From a virus (lineage: Duplodnaviria > Caudoviricetes), in IMG/VR virus record IMGVR_UViG_3300042924_002983, positions 1-62,982 of that record: a stretch of DNA of 62,982 nt, one strand, 5' to 3'. The notes beneath the pieces are model-generated. The model was not told the origin of the DNA. It searched no databases and saw only the letters and a list, made by a program, of their open reading frames with translations. Positions 28,660 through 37,055 of the stretch are shown in pieces. The translations under genes and the position numbers were made by a program. Positions within the stretch are counted from its first letter, which is position 1, and each line of letters opens with the position of its first letter.

Positions 28660-28945
28660 CGGACAACTCCATGATCAGTAGCCAGGGCTGGTTGTTACGC
28701 CGGTGCAGGACGACAGGGCATTTCCCCCGTGCATCCCGGCGGGCTTGCGCCAACCAGTCGTATGGGTTCCCCCGCTCAGTTCGCTTCACCTCAAGATGAA
28801 TGCCCGGGTAGTCACTGATCACATCCGGGGAGTCAGTTCCCCCGGCAAATTGCTGGCCCCGGCGGGCCTTGCCGCCCATCACATGCGCCCAAACTTTGGA
28901 CGCCTCAAGCTCCCCACGGCAACCTTTGGCACGGGACTGGGTCAT
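28451..28945 (-). CDS. PD-(D/E)XK Holliday junction resolvase
   Basis: SRAKG.RGE.E...PDV...LEVKR. Confidence 0.75.
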   Translation of the reverse strand: MTQSRAKGCRGELEASKVWAHVMGGKARRGQQFAGGTDSPDVISDYPGIHLEVKRTERGNPYDWLAQARRDARGKCPVVLHRRNNQPWLLIMELSDAPKFLLEAGAGPQTEEVGRGTLPLHVPAQSVRQVGGTDAGSPGVFPAERRRRPRGDRSAGQPGSGRTG

Positions 28946-29205
28946 TTTTGATACCTCGCCAGAAGGCCGTTGGAGTGGCGGGATTCCACCAGCGTGAGCA
29001 TCGGGAACTGTTCTGTCAGTAGCTTGATGGCATCCATGCCAACCTTCAGCTTGTCGATGGACTTCTCGTTCTGACTGATCCACCGGCCCAGCCTGCCGCC
29101 CATGTTCAAATCGGTGGTGGCACCGGCTGGCTCCCAGTAAATGAGGAACGTGTAGCTGGCAGTGCGGATCATTGTGCCTGTGTTCATGGTGATCTTGCCG
29201 TCCAT
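28942..29205 (-). CDS. Hypothetical protein
   Basis: In-operon ORF with ATGA overlap. Confidence 0.6.
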   Translation of the reverse strand: MDGKITMNTGTMIRTASYTFLIYWEPAGATTDLNMGGRLGRWISQNEKSIDKLKVGMDAIKLLTEQFPMLTLVESRHSNGLLARYQK

Positions 29206-29582
29206 GAGGTGATGTTCTGCTGGCGTTCGCGGGTGTAGTAATCCGGCAGCGGTTCCGGGTCGTAGCCCAAGTGCTTCTTGTGCTTTAGAGATGCAAGAAA
29301 CGCTGGGTCATAGTTATCTGGGTCGCACTCTTCTTTAACGCCTAGAAGTATACGCTTGTCCAGGTCAGGGCGTCCACTGTAAATCTTGCCGCCGTGGTAC
29401 ACGCCATGGCAGTGCGAGCAGAGGCGCAGGTAATTGCGGATGTCATGCTTGCGACCGGCACCACCAATGATGTGGTGAACCTCCAGGCTGCGGCGACCGT
29501 CAGACTCAGGCCACCAGCACACGGCACAGCAGCGGTGCAGTTCAACCCACGCTAGCAATTCCTTTTGCTCAGCCTTATTCAT
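29184..29582 (-). CDS. HNH endonuclease
   Basis: CAVC...EVHHI...N..RLCSHCH...H. Confidence 0.8.
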   Translation of the reverse strand: MNKAEQKELLAWVELHRCCAVCWWPESDGRRSLEVHHIIGGAGRKHDIRNYLRLCSHCHGVYHGGKIYSGRPDLDKRILLGVKEECDPDNYDPAFLASLKHKKHLGYDPEPLPDYYTRERQQNITSWTARSP

Positions 29583-29853
29583 TCCGCAGAGTATAAGGCT
29601 GTGCATCTGCCAGCGCAACCGACTCTCGGATCCACAATTCCATGTCGTATCTCTCTGGATGGCACAAGGAACACAACTGTGTCATCGGTTCCGCTGTGAC
29701 TTTGTAGGTCTTCTGGCTTTGCACAAGGCTCGTAGCCCACATGCGGCACACCGTATCCTCTCCGGTCCACAGATGGGACTTGCCATTCACGGACCCAAGA
29801 CTGTTACACCGGACCAAGAATCCCTTTCGCTTCGGCAGACTACGCTTATCCAT
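29575..29853 (-). CDS. Hypothetical Zn-binding protein
   Basis: HLW...C...CSLC. Confidence 0.55.
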   Translation of the reverse strand: MDKRSLPKRKGFLVRCNSLGSVNGKSHLWTGEDTVCRMWATSLVQSQKTYKVTAEPMTQLCSLCHPERYDMELWIRESVALADAQPYTLRNE

Positions 29854-29869
29854 ATAACCCCCTGTCTGT

Positions 29870-30240
29870 TTCGGTACGGAAAACTGCACCGACTCCCTGG
29901 AAAATCCCGAAAGGAAAATTCCAAGGAGTCAGCAAAAGCCTGTTTACGGTTGGAGCCACAGACCTCTACCCTAAGTGTGACCTTTGATAACGCAGTTCCC
30001 TTAGTTCAACCCTGCCACTGCGCTGCGATTGGCTCATGCCTCGGTGGACGCGGAGTCGTCAGACGAACCACCTTTACCGCAGAGAAACACATCGAACCGC
30101 GTGATTGCCTGTCGGCGCGTCTACGCGGGGTTGCCCCCTCTTCGCCATTCCATGGCAGCGGCTAGCCTTGCACAGCTAGCCTTCGGCGGGGGGCCGATCT
30201 TCATACCGTGTGCCCATCCAGGGGCTATGTGTGTGCGGAG
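29870..30240 (-). ncRNA. Putative structured non-coding RNA
   Basis: About 370-nt gap without a credible ORF; GCAA and UUCG-type hairpins and G-U pairs on the minus strand. Confidence 0.5.
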
Positions 30241-30387
30241 TTATTTACTAGCCATCATCCAGAGTCCAACATTGGCAGCGGCGTAGGCAGCGTAAGTGAT
30301 TGCCATGCCTACGTTTCCGTGAAGCCCCTGTTCAAAGGACACATACAAGTAGATCACACCCGTCATTATGATTAGTGTCCCGCTCAT
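30241..30387 (-). CDS. Small membrane protein (48 aa, MSGTLIIMTGVIY...)
   Basis: Read manually; GGAG Shine-Dalgarno and ATGA overlap. Confidence 0.7.
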   Translation of the reverse strand: MSGTLIIMTGVIYLYVSFEQGLHGNVGMAITYAAYAAANVGLWMMASK

Positions 30388-30875
30388 CGCCTCTCCAGTG
30401 CGGCCTTCAGTCGGGCGATGATATTCGATTGAACCTTAGCTCGCCACCGAGTTGATGCCAATTCTTTTCTCACCTCTTGGGCCAGCCGATCTGGCAGTGC
30501 CTGCAACCGCATGTCGATGCTGAGCGGAGTGTCGGGCATCCAGTGGGTAATTGGGGCCGCGCCCTTCTCCACCAAGAATTCACCGTCGAAGTCGCAGTAG
30601 TACCACATGGCTCCGTCCGGCCGTGCTACGTAGCGCCCCGCCCTTGGCGGCAGCTGCTCTGCCACCGGGATCCACTCCTCCTGCGGCTCGCCGTTGACGC
30701 AGCGGTCATGCAGGTCTTGGCACTCACCCACCAAGACGCCGATGGATTCGCCGTCCAGCTTCCGGCCTTTTCGCAGGCGTTGGATCTCAACTGCGGCTTC
30801 CATCACCAGCGGTCGGGCAGCGTCCATCAATGCGAAGTGTGAGGCTGCAAGCAAACGGTCAACGATGTCGCTCAT
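30384..30875 (-). CDS. Hypothetical protein with DUF551-like domain
   Basis: WIPV.EQLP...ITHWMP. Confidence 0.7.
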   Translation of the reverse strand: MSDIVDRLLAASHFALMDAARPLVMEAAVEIQRLRKGRKLDGESIGVLVGECQDLHDRCVNGEPQEEWIPVAEQLPPRAGRYVARPDGAMWYYCDFDGEFLVEKGAAPITHWMPDTPLSIDMRLQALPDRLAQEVRKELASTRWRAKVQSNIIARLKAALERR

Positions 30876-31024
30876 GCCAGTCGCTCCCACAAAACGTAGG
30901 CCAGCATGGCGGCGCAGCCCAAGTAGAACAGCGTGTGCATCTGACGCTCGGTCATGGTGTCACTTTCTGGAATACGGAAAGCAGGGTTTTTGGTAGACCG
31001 GAACCCAGCAAAACCGGGATGCGA

Positions 31025-31315
31025 TCACCAGTAGCGGACGCAGGCGAACCAGCCGCGCGCACCGCGGGACACGGCGACTTCCTTCACCTTCCGCTGGCCC
31101 CAGTAGCATGAGGCGCGGCAGGCGGCGTCCCCGCTGACGGTGGAGAAGCCGATCCCTTCGTATCCCTGGCCACCCCGGTGTCGGAGGATGCCGGTGCGGG
31201 CCATCTCGTTGGCATCGTCCTGAGCGGAGCGGGTGACGGTCACCGTCCGCGTGCGGGTGTCGGCTTGGGCTACGCTGGCCACACACAAGATGAAGCAAAC
31301 TGTAAGAAAACGCAT
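31025..31315 (-). CDS. Secreted protein with minimal CAP/SCP-like domain
   Basis: Signal peptide; AQ..A..MA....L.H...E.IG...G.WFAC.RY. Confidence 0.55.
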   Translation of the reverse strand: MRFLTVCFILCVASVAQADTRTRTVTVTRSAQDDANEMARTGILRHRGGQGYEGIGFSTVSGDAACRASCYWGQRKVKEVAVSRGARGWFACVRYW

Positions 31316-31367
31316 AGTCGAATCCTTTCGTTACGAACCATCCATGACCAACACCGTGTTGGTCGTA

Positions 31368-32124
31368 CTATTCGGGAGACGCCTCCCGTTTGGCAAAGTC
31401 CCGGGCAGCGTCTGGATCGAACTGCCCAGGGAATGTGAAGTCCAACCAGCTTGGGTAATGACGCAAAAGCCGCCTCGCCTCGGCCCTGACATCCTTGGGT
31501 ATCCGCTTCAGCCCGCCACCGTATGGGGTGGCAAGCCGTAGCAGGAACCGCTGGGCAGACAGGACGCTGCGAGTGCGTTCGTTGGGTAGGGTCATTAGTT
31601 GTTGCTGAAACCAGGGAGCGCCCGCTCGCAGGCGTGTCGAATGCAGGTGTCGATGTACCCGATGAGGCGACGGCAGTCTGCCGCTTCAGTGAGGTGGCTA
31701 TTCATCTCCTCTTCATAGTCGTCGTCATCTTCGTACTCAGCGGCAAGGTCTTCGCAGCAGTCCGCAGACTGCTCTAGCAGAGCCACCAGCTTTTCCAGTT
31801 CTTCGCCATCAAGTTCAATGTTAATAATCATGTCCACCTCGGGTAAATAATAACACCATTAGTACGACTGCCGTTCATCACTTCCACCGCGACGATGCGG
31901 GGGAAAGCCTTGGTCATCATCTCTGCCGTGTCGATCATCGCTTGGGTATCAATCACCTGCCGGTTGGCTTGCACGTAGGCGTTGATCTCAACGTAGTCTT
32001 CTTGGTCAATCGGCCCGCTCTTATCACGCTCCACCCATGTGCGGATGTTGGTGCTGAGCGTGCGGAACGCCAGGATGTTTTCGTACAACCGCTGCGGCTT
32101 GGAGAACATTGGGAGAAAGCTCAT
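31368..32124 (-). other. Three small hypothetical genes (31368..31595, 31595..31837, 31828..32124)
   Basis: Coupled ORFs in operon orientation. Confidence 0.7.
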
Positions 32125-32127
32125 GCC

Positions 32128-32754
32128 TCACCCCACATTCCGATCAGCTTTGCCTGGAGCCTTGCGACCTCGGCCTCTAGCAGACGGATCCGACTTATCA
32201 ATTGTTTCACTGTCTCCTCCTCCTTGGACAAAGATTCCTGTGTCACCGTCAACCATCTCCAGTAATTGATGTGGGTACAAAAGTGTGACAAGTTCCTCCG
32301 CGGCGCGCAAATGACTTTTTGGTGCGACGAGGGTGGGCACCTCATGCCCGCGGCCCCGGTCGAACACAACCTGCTCAGTCCATGTCTCATCCCTATCTAA
32401 CGCCGACAGCCACACCCACTTGCCGGTGGGCTTCGACTTATAGATGTAGGCAAAGTGCCGTAGGTTCTCACGTGCCATCCCGTGCAGGTCATCAACGAAC
32501 ACCGTGTCGTAGGGGTAGTCCTCTGGACAGGTGAACGAGATGGACCGCTCCTTGATCTCCAGACTCAGCATCACCACTGCGTCGGGTGTCTCGCAGTGAT
32601 CCTTGTTCTTGTTGTGACCCGTGATCACCAGCTTGCGACCATGAGCCGCCGACCGGCCAGCGGAGCGCAGGTCATCGACCCACGCACGCTCGGCGCGGTG
32701 GCCATTACTCAACGCGGATTTGAATGAACGATGCGGCACGTGGCCTCCATGCAA
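32128..32754 (-). CDS. PD-(D/E)XK-like protein (start uncertain)
   Basis: G..AE...PD...LEIKER. Confidence 0.55.
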   Translation of the reverse strand: MHGGHVPHRSFKSALSNGHRAERAWVDDLRSAGRSAAHGRKLVITGHNKNKDHCETPDAVVMLSLEIKERSISFTCPEDYPYDTVFVDDLHGMARENLRHFAYIYKSKPTGKWVWLSALDRDETWTEQVVFDRGRGHEVPTLVAPKSHLRAAEELVTLLYPHQLLEMVDGDTGIFVQGGGDSETIDKSDPSARGRGRKAPGKADRNVG

Positions 32755-33223
32755 AAGCTTTGATGCCAGGGGAAGGTTTCCTTTCCATCCCCCTTGTGCT
32801 GCGAACCTCCAAGGCTCGCTGCAGGATCTCCGCTGGCGCGGGGTCGAAGGGCTTCAGACCCTCGTCGTACCACTCCAGTTTGGGCGCAATCGGCTCGGCC
32901 TCGCGGATCAAAGCGGTACGGCGGCGCACATCGGCCGACCACGCCGCGCTCTCCCCGAAGACTTCACCAACGTCGCGGTCATCGAAGCCGGGGTCCAGCT
33001 GGCAGATGACGGCGAGCCGCTCACGGCTGGGCACCTTGCCGAAAGCCTTCATCATCCTCACCACACCCCGGCAGACCTCGGGTTCAAGACCCAGTTGCTT
33101 GGCGACCCGAACCACCGGCTCTTGGTTGACGACCACGCGGTGCCACAGCTGACCGGCGAAAGCCAATGGGTGCGTTGAGCCAAGACCACAGTCGCCGCCA
33201 GAAATTAACTTTACGATGTTCAT
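32705..33223 (-). CDS. Hypothetical HTH-like protein
   Basis: VAKQLGL and DVGEVFG helix-turn-helix-like segments; AGGAGG Shine-Dalgarno. Confidence 0.5.
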   Translation of the reverse strand: MNIVKLISGGDCGLGSTHPLAFAGQLWHRVVVNQEPVVRVAKQLGLEPEVCRGVVRMMKAFGKVPSRERLAVICQLDPGFDDRDVGEVFGESAAWSADVRRRTALIREAEPIAPKLEWYDEGLKPFDPAPAEILQRALEVRSTRGMERKPSPGIKAFAWRPRAASFIQIRVE

Positions 33224-33306
33224 CCGAACCTCCTTGTGTAAACGCATGCTCCGGTGGGAACGCATGCGGGACATCGAACCTCCAGAGAATCTCCGATACC
33301 GTCTCA

Positions 33307-34365
33307 TCAACTAACAAATCTTTCTGATCGTCCATGGCGTCTCCCCAATTCTTTGCGGAACATTGACTTGATCCAGCCGTTGAGCTTGTCGTTGCCAGCC
33401 GCCCATTGAACGTAGTGATCGGGCAGCTCGCACAGTTTGAATCCGGCGTACTTCCCCTTAAGCGGGTTGTTGTAAGTGCCCACTGAGCGAACACCCTTCC
33501 ATGTAATATCAACGTCCTTACCGTGGATGCGGCCCTCGCCCCGGCCGTGGGTGTTGCGGCGCATCTCTTCGATCAGCTTGGCGTTGGCGATCTTCTCGGC
33601 CTTCTTCGCAGCCTCTGCCGCGGCGAGGTCGTCTATTTCTTTCTGCGTGAGTGGAGACTGCGCCGCTGCTTTACGCACCGCTTCTTTGACTTCCGCGTCT
33701 TCGCTGGTGCAGAACATGTCCACACTTGTGATGACCGTGTGATCCAGAGTTCCTGCTGTGCAGTCAACAATTTTGAAATAGGGCTTATCCGAACGCTGGA
33801 TAGCAGCAATTCTGTCGTCAGCTGTGAGAAGGCCCGGGTCGTCAACAACTCCGGGGAGAGGACGAGTGGCTCTACCAACGCACTGAAGCCAGAAACTTCT
33901 GGAGCGGGTTGGTCGGGCAAGGATGAGGGTTGCGGTCGGTGGGTAATCGAATCCCACGGCGACGACTTGGCAGTTGACGAGGACTCTGGCTTGTCGGGAC
34001 TTGAAGGCTGCAAGTGCATCGGCTCGCTCCTCGTCAGGCATGGTGCCCCAGACACAGACGGCGGGGATGCCGTAGTTGTGGTTTAAGAAATGACAGCCAC
34101 CCTTGGCTGCGAACACACTGCCGGTGAAGAGGACCGTCTGTCCCTCCATCTCTTCGGCGGTGATCATGCAGGCGCGGTGCAAGTTGGCTTCCTTGTTCAG
34201 TTCAGCCGCGAGCTTCGTCTGGTTGAAGTCGCCGCCGACAATGTTGACCTTGCTCAGATCCAGTGACTCAACCTTGCTCAGCTTGCAAACAGGGGGAACT
34301 GACCATCCGTTGGCGATGGCCCACTGGAGGTCGTAGTTGCAGACGGACTCTTCGTAGAACTGCAT
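33307..34365 (-). CDS. SF2 helicase, C-terminal RecA domain (split gene part 2)
   Basis: VLVNC...GFDYP, RPTRS...QCVGRATR (motifs V/VI). Confidence 0.85.
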   Translation of the reverse strand: MQFYEESVCNYDLQWAIANGWSVPPVCKLSKVESLDLSKVNIVGGDFNQTKLAAELNKEANLHRACMITAEEMEGQTVLFTGSVFAAKGGCHFLNHNYGIPAVCVWGTMPDEERADALAAFKSRQARVLVNCQVVAVGFDYPPTATLILARPTRSRSFWLQCVGRATRPLPGVVDDPGLLTADDRIAAIQRSDKPYFKIVDCTAGTLDHTVITSVDMFCTSEDAEVKEAVRKAAAQSPLTQKEIDDLAAAEAAKKAEKIANAKLIEEMRRNTHGRGEGRIHGKDVDITWKGVRSVGTYNNPLKGKYAGFKLCELPDHYVQWAAGNDKLNGWIKSMFRKELGRRHGRSERFVS

Positions 34366-34868
34366 GCGTTACTCCTTAGCATTGGCTTACCGTCCATCCG
34401 AAACGGTGTGGCCGTGAACCCAGCGACCATTGCTCCTTGGCCCTGGAAGAACTTCAACATCTCTATGACGGCTTCGCTGCACTGCATGTGTGCCTCGTCA
34501 ACTATGACGAGCGAGAAGCCTTGGAATCGCTTGTATCTCTTCTCGCCCTGACGGCTGGACAGCAGCGTCTGCTTCGATGCGACCACCACCTTGGCGGGCC
34601 AGTAGTCCCGCTCGGCAACGAAGTCGGCCATCTCAATGTCGGGGTCGGAGTCGGTGACCTGACGCACCTTGTCAGCGGCCTGCCATACCAACTCACGCAT
34701 CGGGGCGATGATCAGCGTGCGACCTTGGATGCGATCCGCGAGGGCCGTGAAGATCACCGTCTTGCCCGCGCCGGTGAACAGGCCAACGAGCGTGGACTTC
34801 ACACCGCGGCGCATTGCGTCCAGCAGCGATTCGATCACTTCAGTTTGGTAGGCGCGCAGTCTGAGCAT
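34278..34868 (-). CDS. SF2 (DEAH) helicase, N-terminal RecA domain (split gene part 1)
   Basis: LRAYQ, TGAGKT, IVDEAH, GFTATP. Confidence 0.85.
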   Translation of the reverse strand: MLRLRAYQTEVIESLLDAMRRGVKSTLVGLFTGAGKTVIFTALADRIQGRTLIIAPMRELVWQAADKVRQVTDSDPDIEMADFVAERDYWPAKVVVASKQTLLSSRQGEKRYKRFQGFSLVIVDEAHMQCSEAVIEMLKFFQGQGAMVAGFTATPFRMDGKPMLRSNACSSTKSPSATTTSSGPSPTDGQFPLFAS

Positions 34869-34956
34869 GAAACGTCCTTGTGTATGAAGAAGCCCGGGGG
34901 AGGGCGGGTCGGAGGTTCCCGCCCTCAACCCCAGGCGGCGCGGAGCAGCGCGCCTT

Positions 34957-35307
34957 CTAGCGGAACTCTGAAACGAACTCTTCTTCGCGGGCACTGTCCT
35001 TCTTCCCGCCAACAAGCTGGATGCCTTTGACGTTGAGGACAACCTTGCTCCTCTTCTGGCCGTCACGCTCCCAGACCTGCTGATCAAGCTCGCCTTCGAC
35101 AAGGACAGAGGTGCCCTTGTTGAGGTAGTTGACGACAGCGCCACCCTTCCAGTATTCGCAATCCATGAACAAGACCTTGCCCTCGCGGTAAGGGTTGTTC
35201 ACGGCCACGCTGAACTTCACAACATCCTTCTCGCCAACGCGACGAATGTCGGGGTCAGCAGTGATGTTGCCCATGAGAATCGTCCTGTTGTAAAAAGAAC
35301 TAGCCAT
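34957..35307 (-). CDS. ssb: Single-stranded DNA-binding protein
   Basis: N..ILMGNI..DP..R, KG..V.VEGEL....W..DGQKRSK. Confidence 0.93.
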   Translation of the reverse strand: MASSFYNRTILMGNITADPDIRRVGEKDVVKFSVAVNNPYREGKVLFMDCEYWKGGAVVNYLNKGTSVLVEGELDQQVWERDGQKRSKVVLNVKGIQLVGGKKDSAREEEFVSEFR

Positions 35308-35959
35308 TGGTCACTACCTCCTTGGTTTCCCAGCATCGAACAAACTCAGCCTTGCAGCGGTCGTACACATCCCGTGCAATCGCCTTCTCCCGAAGACGCA
35401 ACTCCACTGTCTTCATCACGTTGACCGCAGTGCCACGGTCTTCCGCGTCTGCGATGGTCTTCTTCCACTCCTGCTCCCACTGCAGGTTGCGAGCGGAAGC
35501 ATTCGGCTTAGGCGATGTGCGCTGCGGAGCGGACTCCACCTTCACACTGTCACCGTCGTCATCGGCCTCGCCAGAGAATCCTCCGGTGAGTGCCATCAAC
35601 AGGGTCCGCTTGGCGTAGGTCATCGCCGCACCGAACCCCTGCATGTCACCTTTGGGGTTCACCAGCGGCGAGATGCCGGTGATGTATTGCCCAGTCTTGT
35701 GACGCAAGGTTCCGACCAGCACCCACTGGCCAGCAACCAGCCCCGGCCGGAAGTCCGGCAAGGCCAAGCCGTGCTTGGTCAACGGGCCACGCAACGAATC
35801 GCAGCAAGTGGCGTAGGACGAGAACCTGCTTTTGAAGTGCGGGTTCGCAGCGTCCAACTCAACGTGCTTGTACTCAGCCTGTGCCTTGGCCAGTGCCTCT
35901 GTGAGTGCGCTGGTATCGGGCGACGAGCTTGGTCCCAGGATGTCATGGCTATCGGTCAT
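35300..35959 (-). CDS. ERF-family ssDNA-annealing protein
   Basis: NPHFKSRFS, Q.FGAAMTYAKR..L, DDDG. Confidence 0.9.
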   Translation of the reverse strand: MTDSHDILGPSSSPDTSALTEALAKAQAEYKHVELDAANPHFKSRFSSYATCCDSLRGPLTKHGLALPDFRPGLVAGQWVLVGTLRHKTGQYITGISPLVNPKGDMQGFGAAMTYAKRTLLMALTGGFSGEADDDGDSVKVESAPQRTSPKPNASARNLQWEQEWKKTIADAEDRGTAVNVMKTVELRLREKAIARDVYDRCKAEFVRCWETKEVVTNG

Positions 35960-36810
35960 ACTGTGATTACCTCCTCCTCTTGACGCTTCGCCCAGGCGGG
36001 GAACTGAAGCTCCGTGATCTCGCCCGCATCAGCGGACTCATACACGCCAGTCTCCCGGCGAAGGCGAACCTCCTCCATCACGCGGGTCATACGCAGGCCC
36101 GCCTCCTCAACGATCTCCGTTGGCAGATAGAAAACGTGGACACCGTACGGGGCCATCGTCTGGACGAAGACGAACGGCATGCGGAAGTGCGGCAGGCCCA
36201 CAGCCTTGGCACCTTGGCAGTACAGCCATTCCTGCTCCGCGTATCCGAAGTCCATCGCACTGCGGTAGACCTTGTCCCAAGTGGACGAGGTCGTCTTCAG
36301 ATCCCACCACAGCGTTGGTGTGCAGCCGTCCGGTCGCACCTTGCAGCGGTGGCCGTTCAGTTCAAAGAACACCGACACCTGAGTCTCAGTGGTCTGCTCC
36401 ACCAGAGCCTTGGCGGCAGGGTTCTCAAGGAGATGAGTCAACATCACCTCCAGCTGCCATCCCTCTTCCGCGTTGCAGTCGATCAACCCCTTGGCCTCGG
36501 CCTGCGACTTCCACTCGTCGTAGGCTTTCCCCCGGCGGTGGCCGTTGCTGGCCAGCACCTCGGCGGGAGGGATGGCGAGAACGTCACTCAACTTCTTTCC
36601 CTCACAGACAGCCGTGACGATGGTGTCAAACTTGCTGCCCGTGCGGGTTCCGGCGTTCCCCCCAAAGAGGGAGTAGCCGTGATCCATCCACCGCTGCGCC
36701 TCGCCGCCGTACTTGGCGACCGAGTGCAGGTAGGACCGGCCAAGAAAATCGTTCTGAGAGTGGTAGTCGGCATTGCTCATGCCCACAACCTTCCGTGGCA
36801 AAGTAGTCAT
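35956..36810 (-). CDS. RecE/exonuclease VIII-like PD-(D/E)XK nuclease
   Basis: MSNADYH, CKVRPD...DLKTT, Y..Q..LY; AGGAGG before ATG 36810. Confidence 0.8.
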   Translation of the reverse strand: MTTLPRKVVGMSNADYHSQNDFLGRSYLHSVAKYGGEAQRWMDHGYSLFGGNAGTRTGSKFDTIVTAVCEGKKLSDVLAIPPAEVLASNGHRRGKAYDEWKSQAEAKGLIDCNAEEGWQLEVMLTHLLENPAAKALVEQTTETQVSVFFELNGHRCKVRPDGCTPTLWWDLKTTSSTWDKVYRSAMDFGYAEQEWLYCQGAKAVGLPHFRMPFVFVQTMAPYGVHVFYLPTEIVEEAGLRMTRVMEEVRLRRETGVYESADAGEITELQFPAWAKRQEEEVITV

Positions 36811-36974
36811 CCGTACACCTCCTAGTGAAAAGCCCCATCCGTGGGGCGAAGCGACTCCCTCCGAAGACCGCGGCGGAACAAAACCGCCGCTCGGCCCAAC
36901 TGTCCAAGTGCGAGGAACGTGAGCAGAGTGCCCACGCCGTGAAGAAAAATGACGATCACCAGCAGGGCTAGGAC

Positions 36975-37052
36975 CGCACCCCGTATGATTCGGGAGATCC
37001 ACCCCGAAGGGGGGACGCTTCGACCGACTCTATCCAATTGAGCTAGGGGTGC
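36975..37052 (-). other. tRNA-Arg-like element (acceptor stem and D arm only); possible attP
   Basis: GCACCCC-TA-GCTCAATTGGATAGAG...GGGGTGC-G; no canonical anticodon or T arm. Confidence 0.6.
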
Positions 37053-37055
37053 CAT

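Noticed and set aside
30360-30381. Seventh late-promoter copy (GGGACACTAATCATAATG)
   Set aside because: Only the first half matches, it lacks the C and TAG positions, and it lies inside a coding start
34869-35144. N-terminal extension of helicase ORF1
   Set aside because: Overlaps ssb in another frame; helicase motifs start at MLRLRAYQ (34868)
35956-37002. 348-aa version of the RecE-like ORF
   Set aside because: The extension runs through hairpins and the tRNA-like element; a strong AGGAGG precedes ATG 36810
36975-37052. Functional tRNA-Arg gene
   Set aside because: No 7-nt anticodon loop on a 5-bp stem and no GTTC T-loop
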